DNA from: Paraspadella gotoi
Taxonomy: Eukaryota; Animalia; Chaetognatha
NCBI GenBank assembly: GCA_051294375.1
Contig: CM119266.1
Span: forward strand, 2,659,812 to 2,723,811
Direction: 5' to 3'
DNA: 64,000 nt
The position numbers and the translations under genes are program-made. The first letter of the stretch is position 1; each line of letters begins with the position of its first letter. This document shows positions 34,714 through 48,007 of the stretch, piece by piece. Below the pieces are notes generated by a model. That model made no database searches. It was not told the DNA's origin and was given only the letters and a program-made list of their open reading frames with translations.

Positions 34714-36765
34714 TTAATTCCATCGTGAGCGTTTGTTGGCAGGTTCGGGCATGCCGCCTCCCATCAGCCGTTGGGGACTCGGCTCGTCCTTGACGCCCTT
34801 CATTCCAGGTTTGGCGTCCTCGGGCGATCTCACGAGTCCGTTGCCCATTCCACCTCCCGGGCCCAAGATCCCGTCGCCGCCTCGACCTCCGGGTCCCATG
34901 AGGCCATCCCCGCGGCCACCCGGACCCATGAGCCCGTCGTCGATTCCGCGGGGCGCACCGGGTCCCATGCCCCTTCCACCCCCGCCCCTTCCGCCTCCTC
35001 TCATCCGCATCATCTCTTCCTCACGCCTTCTCATCTCCTCCTCGCGTCGCATCATCATTTCCTCCTCCCGATTCATCCCGCCTCCCCCCATCCCACCCAT
35101 CATCATCTCCCGATGCACCATCTCATGTTTAAATCTATTCTGCTCATCCTCCATGTGCCTCTTCCTCATCTCATCTCGCCTCACCCTCTCCGCCATATGC
35201 ATCTCCTCCATCCTCGCCAGCTCCCGCTGCCGCTCTTCCAGCTCTCGCCGCAGCTGCTGCGTTTGCCAGTCCTTGACGGCGAAGGACTCCTCGTCGAGCA
35301 GCCTCTCCCTAGCCTCCTTGATCTGGCTCTCCAGCTGATCGCGCTGTTGCTTCTCCAGCTCATAGAGCTGCTTCCAGCGCTGAGAGAACTCGTGGTCGAA
35401 GGTGTTGATTGCGGCGAAGCGGGGCACCGCCTCGCGGTCTCGATAGTACTCGTTGTTCTTCTTGACGGTATCCTCGGAGAATCCGTCATCCTCGTCGCGA
35501 CTCTCGATTGGCTCGACGGCGATGGGACGCGGACCCGGGGTTAGAAGGAACGCCCCGTCGTTGATCCGCTGGAGCGCCATCTGGGCGGCGTTCTTCCGCT
35601 CGAACTCGACGATCCCTTCTCCGAGAGAGCGTCCTTGCTCGTTGCAGGCGACGACGGCCCGCTCCACCTGTTGAAGGGAAACTTTTTAATTCAAAGAGTG
35701 ATATTAAGATTGGAAAATTGATTTCTTTATTCCAGAAATCAGCAGGAAAGGTGCTGGTTTCCACATCCATCAATGTACTTCGCATCTAACTTATCGCAGG
35801 GAAGCATATACACTATTATATTTTCTGTTTCAGGCTTACAGCATTTTGTAAAGCCGAGATTTCCGACGATGCCCTTAAAAGAGTTAAGGGACTACAGCAA
35901 GATACTACTCCTTACACACCTTGCCAAACATCGAGAAGGCTTTCTCCAGAAACTCGTTGGTGACAGTGGGCGCGAGGTGTTTGACACGCAACGCCGCAGA
36001 GTGCGAGGAGAAGCGAACGCGTAGGGGTCGGTGGGCGCCCTCGACCACTTTGCCGTCCAGGTCGAGCTTGGCCTTCTGTGCATGATGAAGATATTCCAAG
36101 CTGATAAGGCCGAAGCCTCGCTCTCGATTAAAGTAGACGTTGGTCGTCTCTCCGTATTCCTTGAAAAGTTCCTTGAACTTTTCCTCCGTCATGGTGTTGG
36201 GAAGGTTGCCGATGAAAAGGCGGCATCTGCCGATGAACTTTTTAGGTTCCCGTTTGACCTGAAGCTCTTCTTCGAGCATGCGTTGGGTTTCGCCAGGACC
36301 GCCGAATGCACCGCCGGGGCCACCAGGGCCGCCGTGGCCGCCGGGTCCAAGATTACGACCGCCGCGGTCGCGGTCACGGTCGAAACTTCTGTCCAAGTTG
36401 CGCGGAAATCCTCGTTCGAATGATCGGCCGCGGTCCCCGTCTCTCTCCGATTTGACGTTCGGAGAAGATCTTGGGCCCATGCCGCCTCTCTGCGGTCCTC
36501 CACCCCCGCGACCGCCTCCGCGGCCGCGATCGGCAAGACCACCTCTCATGCCTCTATCCCCCGACCGTAGGCCGCCCTTGTCGGCAAAACCGCCGCGCAT
36601 TCCGCTGCCGATTCCTCTTCCTCCGCCGCCTCGGCCTCCGCCGCCACGGCCGCCACGCCAACCGCCGCGAGCGTCGGACGGAGAAGGTGGCTCAGGCTTG
36701 ACAGTCGAGTCGGGTTTACTCGGCTCAGTCTTAGTTTCCTGTTTCTCCTCCATTTTGGAGGTCAT
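34714..36765 (-). CDS. NONO: DBHS-family RNA-binding protein (NONO/SFPQ/Hrp65-like)
   Basis: Exons 36765-35920 and 35667-34714. RGG N-terminus, RRM1 (RCRLFIGNLP), RRM2, NOPS (PRFA..FDHEFSQRWKQL), coiled coil, C-terminal NKRSRW NLS. Confidence 0.92.
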
Positions 36766-37730
36766 CTTCTTTTTCTGGTTGTTTTTTTTTTCTATTATTT
36801 TTTCAGCGAAACGGAGGGGCTGAAGCCGTTGAAGTGAGATGAAAGAAAATACGAACTTTTGAAGAAAATTGATTATATTATTCGGGGTTTAGTCAAATCT
36901 ATTTAAAAGGCCGGCAAAGATGCGGCGTCGTGGATTTCTCTTCTTTGTTTACAAGCGAATGCGGGGAGGGAGAGAGAGAGAGCCGCGGCGGGTCAGTTCA
37001 ATCATTTTGATCTTCGAAGACAAAAGCGCACGACAGTTTTCGCTGCAAAAATAGAAAAAAACTAGTATGTAATTTTTACATACTTTAAAATTAAACAGAA
37101 GAAAAATATTACATAAATAAATATACATTTTATCATCGAATCATTTTTAAGGCGTACGCTCTTCGCGATATACGTAATCTACCAACACAGTCAATGGAAA
37201 TAACGAATAAATTTAGCAAAACTAATAATTCTAGCTTGTTTCGCTCGTGTTGCTGTTATGTAATAACAGTTTTAAAACTTCCAAACTTTAGTGATTAATT
37301 TAAAAAATTAATTTAATCCGTTTATTTGAAAAAAAAGAGCCTTCAAGAATATTCTATTTTATTTCCTTCCTTTCGTACAAATCCTATGAATTGGAAACCA
37401 TCGCAATTGCTAATTGTGCCAGGACATTTTATTATCACGATTGATAATCTATCTCTATCTTCGTACGTAATCTTTATGTTCCAAGACTACCTATCCTCGT
37501 GCAAAATTGGTAAAATCACAGTAAATAAATTTGATGCTAACAAAATAATAAATTAGCGAATATAAACGAAAAAGGGCGATAACAATTTTTTTTTTTGCAA
37601 TACACGTTTTCATTTCAGATTTATTAACTAATAGTTTAATTTTTTTTTATATATATTTTGAACGATTCAGTTCAAAACTTTTTCTCTTAAAATTATTTCA
37701 GTAACTAGTAGACTCAAATGATCTCAGAAA

Positions 37731-37769
<39 letters not shown>

Positions 37770-37978
37770 CATGTAATGCATCAAGAAAACTGGAGGACGA
37801 TTTCTAAGTTCTAAGAATGAGTCATTTCGGGGGAAAAATGGGGAGATGGAGTTGTAAACAAACAAAATTATTTTTGGATTTAATCTGATTTTAGAGAAAA
37901 ACATAATTTTTTCGATTGAAAAAGGAAAAAGGGATCATCATCCTCCTCCTCCTCCTCCTCCTCCTCCTCCTCGCCCCT

Positions 37979-40900
37979 TCACGTTCGCTCGACGGAGAGT
38001 CGAGACACGAAGGCGGAGAAGATGCTCTGCGCCGACGAGGCGTTCCGCGTCGGCTCCCGCGGGGGAGGCGACGTCGTCGGCGAAAGAAGATTGCTGCTGC
38101 TCTGAGACTTGGGGTAAATGCGTGTAGAACCCTGACGCTGCTGAGTTTGTTTTGGAGGCTGCTGCTGCTGCTGCTGCTGGGAAGGTTGATGGGGACGTTG
38201 CTGTTTGGTCGGCTGAGGCGGAGGACCCGTTGGAGATTTGAGGGATTTCTTGCGTTCGACGAGAAAATCGAGAAAGGGATTTTGAGAGATGGAAGATCGG
38301 ATCACCTTCATCCATTCTTGTCGCTCTTCGTAAGTCGACGCGGAAAATCTGAGGTAAATATAAGGGAAAAAATTGGCACTATTTTTTATGAAAATTTGCA
38401 AATTACTTGTTTCACTATTTTCTATTTTTATATTTTATGAAGGATTTAGTATTTATTCTATATTATCTAATCAAATATATATTGCTTTCTTTCTTAAAAA
38501 TGTTTTATTTATCTAATAATTCAATTTGGGAAGGGGAAGTCAGTGTTGTCTTCTGAAAATAGAGGGAGCATCTATACAACACAAGGTTAGATTACTATCT
38601 GTCCTAGTTTTCTAATAGATATCACACATCATTTCTGTTAGAAAGTCATTTATGAAAAATCATAATATCTAAGAGGCTGAACAGAAAGGGGTGGGAATGG
38701 ATAATTTTTTGAAGGGGGACCAACATTATATATGATTTTGTTACCAATAGGGATAAGATTACCATGTAGAATTGTATGTTCTGATAGGGATACATACTAC
38801 GGAAAGGTCTATAGGGGCACCTTTATGTCATGAATATAATTTTAAAATACTTTAATAAAAATTATATTTTTTCTTTATCCTACTTTTTAATTATTTCTTT
38901 TTTGAATATTTTTTATCTTTTATGTTTAATAAACATTGTTTATACAATGGGAAGGTCATCAGTTGGAAACCTATACCATTCATGGATTTCGGATCTTTAA
39001 TCCCAATATACAGGTATAGGCGAGCCATCACCAAATGGTGATCTTTCATTCTTTCATCTTTCATTCTTATATTTTAAAGGTATATTTTGAATGTTTATCT
39101 TAAACAGACCAAAGCCCTGGTATCACAGCATTATTAATTTTACAGAAATTTTATTAAGGTTTTGTAATAATTTGTAAATAATTCAAATATATTAAATAAT
39201 TAGTTAAATAATAAGTTAAATAATTAAGGGTTTGTTAATGTAAAGTTAACATTAAGTTAATTAGTAAAAGTTAAAAAATAAATAAGTTAAATAAATTATT
39301 TTATAATATTATATATTATACTATTTTAAGGGAGTGGTCTTTTCATACAATTGAAACATTCTTTGAAATATTATACCACTTCATTGATAGGGAAGCCAGG
39401 TTCACTGGGAGTGAATAAATAAGACTGTGAGAGAGTCTTGATTGAAAGCTTGCAGAAACCTGCTATGTTATTATCTTGTAAGTGTGATGGAGGCCTTAAA
39501 CCAACAAAGCCTGTCCAAATTCAGGGACAAGATAGCTTATTTATAAAATGAATGGATAATTTTTATATTGGTTGTACCAATTTCATTTAATTTTATATAT
39601 ATAGCATGGTGGACTAAAAACCACCAACCGTTCATCAGCGGCCATTGGTGCCGGAGGCAAGTCATTCATCTTCCAACCCAAAGGTTCTCGCCCGGTGGTC
39701 GCCTTGCAGTTCAGAGGGACGGGGCGCTTAACCCGCCTGTAACAGTGTTACAGCCTGATCCGAAGCTCAGAGACTGCTTATATTGAATGGTTTTGTCACT
39801 AACACAATAATAATTACTGTTTCTTCAATAGTTTTTTAAATATTTTTACATATCAATAATTAATTTTTATGAGGGGGAGTTCATTGTTGTCTTTTATAAG
39901 TAGAGGGAGCATCTATACAACACAAGGTTAAGAGTGTCCTAGTTTTCTAATAGATATGATACATCATTCCTCTTAGAAAGTAATTAATGAGAATTCATAA
40001 AATTCAAGAGGCTGAACAGAATGTAATGTATTGAAGCGACTTACTTACTTACTTACTTATTGATTTATTGTAATAAAAATACAATATTAATAAAATAGTA
40101 ATAATAATAAAATGACAATAATAATAAAAGTCTTTTGTTGACACATTCTGCCGCCATCTGCCCCTCTCAAAGTAAACCAAGAAAAATAAAAGGGCGACGC
40201 TTTTTTCTGTTTAAGATCGTTGCCAAGCGACAAAAATAAAAAGACATGAAAAAGAAACGGAAAGGTTTAATCTCGATCTAAACTAAAGCCTAACAACCGA
40301 ACAACAAAATGTAAAACCGAACATTATTTGAATAAAATAATAATCATAAAAAGGAAAATAAAAATGGCGGATAATCCTGAAAACGAAAAGGACGACGAAA
40401 CCGAGGTGGATTCGGCGGTGGGAACCTTAGTCACGGTGGTAGTGGACGTCCCAGAGGTGGCGACGCAGGTCTCCGCAGGGGCGCCACAAGAGGATATTCA
40501 AGAAAATGGCCCTGGAGAAGCGGATGAAGCAGGAGAAACACCTGTGGAAACCGCAGAAGCTTCGGAAGATAACGCTGGGGCGCAGGTGGAAGCTTCCGCG
40601 GAAGAGACAAAGGCCCCCACAAAAGAAGGAACGGAAAAAAAAAACTTCGAAAACGATTCATCAAAAAATTTAGCATCCGAAGATGATAGCGGCACCGGAG
40701 AGGCGCATTCGGTGGAAGAGGAAAGGAAGGCAGAAATAGCGAATCCCGTCCGGTTGAGGAATGGTGAGGAAAGAGTCGCTCCGTCCATCGAACAAGTAAG
40801 TTTGAACTAATCAAGATCTTTCGAGTAAATATGGTGGTCAATTCGTTTCCTCTCATAAATGCACCCCAGGTTATGATCAAATCGCTGAGGGAGCAAAACA

Positions 40901-43900
40901 AAGAGTTGGAAGAAAAACTAAAAGAGCTTCGAGGAATCGCCGCGTCTCATCGTCTGGCAAAGGAACAGGAAGCCTCCCTGAGGAAGCAGTTGGAGGCTTT
41001 GGCGGAGGAGAAGGCAAAGATGGAGACTCAGCACGAAGAGGCTTTGGCGGAGATGGAGAGGATCCAGAAGGAAGAATTAGTCGGATACAAAGAGCAAATT
41101 CGACAACACTCGCTCACCATAGTCGGGATGGAAGACAGAATATCCAGAGCGAACAGGTGAGAAAGGGAATGAGTGACATAACACTATAAATTAATGTTCG
41201 CTTTTATCACTTTCTAGACAAAGTCAAGAAAACGACCTTACTACTGAGAATCAACGAGCGACCGTGATCCGACTACAGAATCGCGTAAAGGAGCTGGAAG
41301 ATCGACTCGAAGCCGGAGAGGAAACGGATGAGCCCGAAGACGCGGGCGCCTCCGCTCGCGCGGTCGACGCTTATTCGCCGAAGGACATCTACGCTATGGA
41401 ACAGCTGATCCACTTGCTCCGTCGAGAGTCGGCAGATTTGAGAGTGGCTCTCAAGGATCGCGACGCGGCCCTGGTGGCGCTCAGAAAAGATCTCGCCGGG
41501 GCTCAGGCTAAGCTATCTGACATGACAGGCGAACTGAGCGAAGAGCAAAAAGTTATGATCGAGAATCTGCAAGAGGCGGCGGAGGAGCATTACAGCGAGC
41601 TTTGCTACACCCGGGAGAAACTGGCATCCCTCTCCGAGGTGGTTGATAAACAGACGAAGGAAATCGAGAGTCTAAACGCCGACGCGCTCGCCAAATCAAA
41701 GGAAATCGCGAAGACGAGAGCGGAGACCAATTCTGCTGAGAAGCGAGCGACGTCTTTGAGAGAAGAGGTCGACGCTCTCAAGCGAGAGAGAGCCGCGATG
41801 GATGAGAAGCGATCGGAGAACCAGAGTTTGACAAAAGAATTGGCAAACATCGGCGCTCAGTGCCGAGGAGAACGCCACAACCACGTGATCCAACGCCAAC
41901 GAGAGGCGCTGAGCGAAATGCGCGCCAAGATTAAATCACTGGAGCTGGGTCGACCGCCGCCGCTGGCCAAGGACGAGGCGTTGCAGCAGGTGGCGGTGCT
42001 GAAGCGGGAACTGTCGGAACTTCGAGCGCAACAGGCTCTGACGGACAACAAGAGTTTGGAGAGGGTGGCCGCGGGGATTTTCCGGCGGAGTGCGGAAAAA
42101 TCGCTGGAGGAAGGGGAAGAGGAAAAGCTTGCGGCAGCGGAGGATGTTACAGATCGGGGAGAAATGATGACGTCGGTGGCGACGGCAACGCGCGCCGAGT
42201 TTGAACTCGAAAAAAGCGCACACAGAGAGACAATTCATGCCCTCGAGACGAGCGAGCGCGCCTACTTCAACGTCGTCCGCGCCGCCGCCTCCGCACTGGA
42301 TGTCGATGCTACCACCGCCCTCAAATCCATGTCTTACGCGGCCAAGGAAGATCGGGAAAAGCTATTCAAAGATCGACAGCGCTTAGCCGAAGCTGTTGGG
42401 AAAAGCGCTAAGACATTGACGGACAATTGGAGAAAAGCGGAAGCCGCCGTCGCTTCGTACGCGGCGGAAACGCGACGACTCAAGGACATCGAGGAGACGT
42501 CGGAGAGTTTGAAGGGGGAGCTGGAGGCGATGGCAAAGAACCTGCAAAAGGAGTTCGACGACAACAAGTTGTTAAGGGAAGCTCTACGCCGATCCAAGGA
42601 GTCTCTCAACTACGAGAAAAGGCTCAACGCTTCTATCAAAGAGAAGAAACAGTTTTATGTGGAGAACCCGAGGGCCGGAGGGAAAGGAGGAGGGTCGACT
42701 CCCTCGGGGCAATCGGCGGCATCGATCGGCAAAGAACTGGAGAAAGAAGTCGGAAAGAGAAAGTCGCTGCAGGAGGCGATGAAGAGAAAGGAGGAAGAGG
42801 TGAGGAGCCTCAAGATGGAGATGAACAAAATGAGAACCGTGCAGATGGACTCGATCAAGAGGAGGAGTTACGATCCCGATCGGTATTGAAAAGAGTTTTT
42901 TGGGATCGAAGAGAACGGATTAAAGAGAAGTTGATTATCGGTTATTCAAAGAGGCTAGTAACACCGAGCATTAAAATGCATCCAACTTTTTTTTCAGAAA
43001 AACTTATATACAATTTTTAATGGAAATATACCACAAAAATGAAAAATATTGTAAATTGTAATTTTCCAAAAAATAGTGGTGTATCTTTTTACGTATTGTA
43101 CTCGCGAAACTCACTATCAATCGACTACCTCTTTCCCTAAAACATCCCCTTAAACCCTCTCTCCACCATTTCGATCCTTTTCTCTCTCTGGACGACCGCC
43201 CGACCTGTAGACTTTGTGCCTCCCTTCGACGAGCTTTCCGTCCGGCTTCGTTTTGCAGGCTTTGATCTTTTCGATCTCCGAGTTAGCGGGATACAGTTCG
43301 AAGCAAAAGGATTTGTTCTTGTCATTCACCTCGCGCACCTGGACGTTGTTTAGAAAAAATATTGGGTGGGTCATGATTGAGATGTTTGAATGAGAAAACA
43401 AATATAAAAAAAACAAAAGTAAGCAAGACTTAACGACTTGTTTTTTTTTTAATGTTACTAAAATATCGGAATCAGAAAAAGTAAACTTACCTGCAAATTT
43501 TCAAGGGGAATTATCCCGCGCGGTTCTTTGTCCGTCGTGTATTCGAAGTAATAGAGACAATTGTCATTGAGGATAAACCAACGTCTTTTCCAGTTTTTTA
43601 CGCGACCTCCCTGAATCATATTTATTAAAGATTGTAAAAAACCCCCAAAAAAATCTTAAAAGTATAGTGATCCCGCCAGACGTTACTGTCATAAAAAATT
43701 AATGAAAAAAAACAAAAAAAAAAAAAAAAACAAATGATTGATGCGATAACGAATTATTGATATAATAGTAATTGATTGATGTAATAGTAATTGATTATTG
43801 ATACGATAATAGCCAAATATTGATGCGATGATAACCAAATATTGATGCGATGACAACCAAATGATGGATGCGATGATAATTATTCATTAAATGCGATGAA

Positions 43901-46900
43901 TCATTCATAGTAAATAAAAAAAACGCATGTATGAAGAGAGAGAGAGAAAAAAAAAGCTGAGAGCGAACTTGTTTTAATACGAATCAGAAAAAACTACAAC
44001 GAAAAAAAAAAAATAAATAAATAAAAAAAAACTGAACAGCCGCAGATTAATTTATGGATTATTTCAAATGAGTTTGAGATTAATCAGAATACGAAAATAT
44101 GTATATGCAATACAAAATTAAGCTTTAATAAATTTTTATTTTATTACCTTAAAGGTTTAATATTAACATTTTACATTAATAAATTATCATGTTTGTAGTT
44201 CAATTAATAGCTAAATAATTAATAATTTAATTATCATAATTGCTAGTTTACAACTTTAATTATTCTTATACAGCCGCTGCAGAACTAAACTTGTTTATAT
44301 ATATAAAAATTTTTTTATAAATAAATAAAAAAATAAATATAGGAATATGAAATATAATAATTTAAAAGACCTCAAAATAAAAAACCATATCTAAATTTTC
44401 AGCTTCCTATGGTTACACACTTGAGCTATTTTTAATATTAAAACGTGACGACAACGACAACTATGGTAAAAAAAAGCAGAAACGAATTAACAACTCGCCC
44501 AAGTTGGGCATTCGCCCATCTGGCAAGATGATTAAGATTTATCTTATAATTAAACGCATAGAAGCTATTTTAAATTATCAAAATACTATATAATGTCAAA
44601 ATTTTTTTAAATAAATTAATATTTTTAACGGATTCTGATAGAGCAACAAAAACTATAAAATTTAATGAATGATGATGATTTTAAGGTTTTTTAAATTTTA
44701 GCCCTTTTATCATTAAAATTTTTAAAATTTTTAATACTAACCTTTTTTGCACTCTTTATCAGAATCTATTTTTAAAAATTTAAATTTCTTAAAATTTTTT
44801 AAAATTTTTTATTATATATTGTTAAATATTAAAATGCTTCCATGCATGAGGAAAATTAATTTAATCAAAATCTAACATAAGTCGATTTAGTTGTAAAAGA
44901 ATAAAAGACTTTTATTGCCGACTTTTTCATTTTGTAAAAAATTCTGGCCCGCCTTGACTACCTACCTGCTTTAGTAGCCATCCTTCTTTGTCGGGATTGA
45001 AGAAAGTGAAGATTAGATCGTCACTATCATCCAACGGGATTTTGAATGGCTCCTTTTTGATGCTGTCGTAGAGATTAACCTAATAAAACAATTTTTCGTT
45101 GTAATTATAAAGAGTATATTAGACTCAGAAAAACTTGAAAATAATGTTGGGAAGTTGCATACGATATGACGCACACTCTATTCAACAACAGGCCACTGAA
45201 GCGTGAAATCTGTTATCTCCTGGCTCGTACGATTTCGGTCAAAAACCACGCGATCCCCAAGTGCGAACGTCTCTATGATAACCTAGTCATCAAATGGCCA
45301 TTTGTTTTAGACGGACGACGACCCCCCCACCCCCTCGATAACTCGGGGGTCGAGGCGAGAAAAAAAATATCTTAAGTTCGAATGGGAGAAATTTGACGAG
45401 GAAGAGGCAAGGCATTTGAGCGTGAACATTCCGGTGAAGGAAAAAAAAGACAACATTATTCACGATTGCGATCCAGACATATGACGGAAAAAGAGGCAGA
45501 TCATCGGTCCCCGTGAACCGTGAACGTTATAAAAATGAGATTTTAAACTTACGATCAGTTGTCGAGGAAGATCTTCTCCGCGATTAATTCCTTTATTCAT
45601 CGAAATGAACTGTTCGAGCGTTTGTCGCTGACTTTCCTAAGGAAAATGTTCATTATAAATGTTAAATATAATTTTAAACAACAAATTGAACTGTTCAAGC
45701 GTTTGTCGCCGACTTTCCTAAGGAAAATAACAAGTTAAATATAATTTTAAACAACTAATTCTCGCTTGAACTAAAAGAAACCCTCGGTCCCTCCCGCACG
45801 AAATATCCTTTTCAACCCCGATCTTTTTTGGGCCTTAAAAAGATGTGAGAGAGATCTTTGGTCCTCGGCCTCAAGGAAAACCCATCAAAACCCATCGAAA
45901 CCATCGGCGCGAGAAGATCTTTGGCTCCGAAGAGATCGCAAACGAGGATAAGGGTTAAAACTCTTGCCTCGCACCCGAGGCGGAGGCACGTGCGAGAGAG
46001 AGANNNNNNNNNNGAGAGAGAGATTCGAAACGTGAAGCTTATCGCTCAATACTCAATACACAAAGCGGCAATTTTCTCAAGTTCATTTATTCAAGGGGGT
46101 GTGCCCCCGTTTTCGAAGACTGCTCTTTACTTTCGAGTTTTATCTTCTCCTTATTTTTAATATTTCCTTCCCCTTAATTTTCACATGTTATACCAATTTT
46201 TTTTATAAAAAATCAACATCAATAAAGTTTAAAATTCTCCGTCTTTGAAGAATGATGCAAAACAATTTTCGAAGCCAATCAGCAAATTTGGGCACAAGGT
46301 AGCCCTATGTTTTGACAACCAATGAAGCACTTACTTTGATATTCGGATTGTGCAAGGAAGTGTTGAGCATTATGACGGCGAAGGAGAGAACGTAGCAAGT
46401 GTCGACGTTGTTGGACGAGAAGACGTGAGGATTGCAATCGCAGTACCTCTTGGCAAAAGCCTCCATCATACGGTCGATCTGGGATTGCATATTGATAATT
46501 GTTCGTTAGTTAAATTTTATTACAACGAATAATTAACAAAAACGTATCAATCTTTATCTAGCAGACTCATTAATATCACTATCCTAAAAATGTAATTATT
46601 TCTGCATTGGAAATCAATCACCCCTACCACACACCTTCTGCGCTTCTCCCGGAAGTCGAAAGCTCCAAAGGAACTGTCGCAGAGCCTGCACCAGAATCAT
46701 GTCGTGGAACTCGTGCAGCCGGAGAAACTCGTCCAGCACCCGGAGATTAAATTCTCTATTTTCTCCCAGAAAATCTCCGATGGCCGACTTGTTGAGACCC
46801 TCTCCGCGGAAGAGGAAGTCGGCCACGTCGGCTGCCGTCTCGCCGACGAGCCCTTCGCGGGTCAGGAACTCCAGGCCCGACTTGGGCTCCATGTTGAATT

Positions 46901-48007
46901 TTTTCCGTCCCAGGTTGAGGCGATTGTTTTTTGAGTGGACTCTAGATGGGAGGAGGAGGAGGCGCGGGGTTCCGGAGTCCTCGGATCGAGGAGTGGATTC
47001 GAGGGTGGGGAGGGTGGGAGAAGAGGGGAACGACGAGGAGGAGGGAGAGCGAGAGGATGGGGTGTCGTCGCACATGATGGCGGAATCACGAGATGTCGAG
47101 AGATCCTCCAAGTCTTCGTCCACGTCTTCGATTTCCATCCTGAGAGATGTGAGATTATTTTAAGAGGTTCGAATCTGAGGGGGAAAAAATCTTCGTTATC
47201 GCGGTTTTGTGATTCTTCGGGAGTCTCTGGTCTAACCACGTGATTGTGGGAAAAGGGGTGAACCAAGAAACTAGGTCAAACAGTAAAAAGTTTTTCTCTC
47301 ATCCGAAAAAAAGTCAAAAGTTGGAATATTTCCAACTGAGCAGAATTAAAGAGTTTAAATTTTAATTAGAAACAAATTCTCAGTTCACGATTTCATCGAT
47401 AATTGAAGAAAAATGATTGTGAACCGAAAAAAGAAAATGAGTTAACGAGAAAGTTTTGGTTTAAAAGATTATTATTATTATCTTTAAAAAAAAATGATCG
47501 CAAACTTAACCGAAAGTTTTACCTCAGTCGATTGATTTCTCGGACCAACTCTTCCTTCTTGATCTTCAACGAATGGAGCAGGTGATCATCGGCGGTCGAG
47601 GACACAGACTCGAGCAAGGGTCTCCTTCTAAAGGCGCGTTGGCGACCAAGAGTTTCTCCTTGTTCGTTGAGGAGCGACTTTCGGCACGGAGGGGGCGTAG
47701 CAGTGTTGGCGCGAAGTTGGTGAGTTTTCAGAATCGGGGAGCCAAAGTCGTAGACGTCACCGCCGCGCAGATCGGCGTCGAAGTCACCGATGTAGTCTTC
47801 GTCGTCGCTGGAGTCGAAATCGATGTCGTCGTCGTAGTCAGTGGGGTCATCGGCCGACAAAGACGCGCCGAGCAGGTCGTGGCTCGGCAGAGAGAGTGTC
47901 GATCGAGGGGTGCGCCGCAGCGGAAGGCGAATCGGGTGCGGAGAAGACTTGGATGGCGCTAGCACTTTCTTAAGCGCCGAGGCGGAGAAAGCGGCGTCTT
48001 CCACCAT
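37979..48007 (-). CDS. CYTH: Cytohesin (Sec7 + PH Arf-GEF; steppke/GRP1-like)
   Basis: Exons 48007-47523 (start tentative), 47139-46635, 46478-46335, 45636-45553, 45079-44966, 43610-43491, 43338-43205, 38348-37979. [45 protein letters not shown]. Confidence 0.92.
39638..39777 (+). ncRNA. tRNA-like head (39638-39702) followed by a P5-type twister ribozyme fold (39706-39777)
   Basis: P5 gcagtt/gactgc; GAGG-GA-CGG; U|AA-CCC-GC-C; P3 tgtaac/gttaca; P4 ctga/tcag; L4 UCCGAAGC. Confidence 0.62.
40219..40231. promoter_or_regulatory. RFX X-box upstream of the FHAD1-like gene
   Basis: GTTGCCAAGCGAC, ~133 bp before ATG 40364. Confidence 0.45.
40364..42889 (+). CDS. FHAD1: FHAD1-like coiled-coil protein (C-terminal homology only), nested antisense in the last cytohesin intron
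   Basis: Exons 40364-40795, 40870-41156, 41218-42889. [14 protein letters not shown] and [28 protein letters not shown] recall the FHAD1 C-terminal region. Confidence 0.72.
43668..44530 (+). mobile_element. Family H2 non-autonomous element with a 22-bp satellite
   Basis: Ends gatcccgccagacg / catctggcaagat, subterminal hairpin gcccaagttgggc; homologous (reverse complement) to 61016-63772. Confidence 0.65.

Noticed and set aside
39600-39705. Minus-strand hammerhead (CUGAUGA) or HDV-like ribozyme next to the twister
   Set aside because: No GAAA after a stem II and no P1.1 GG; a tRNA-like head explains the stem better
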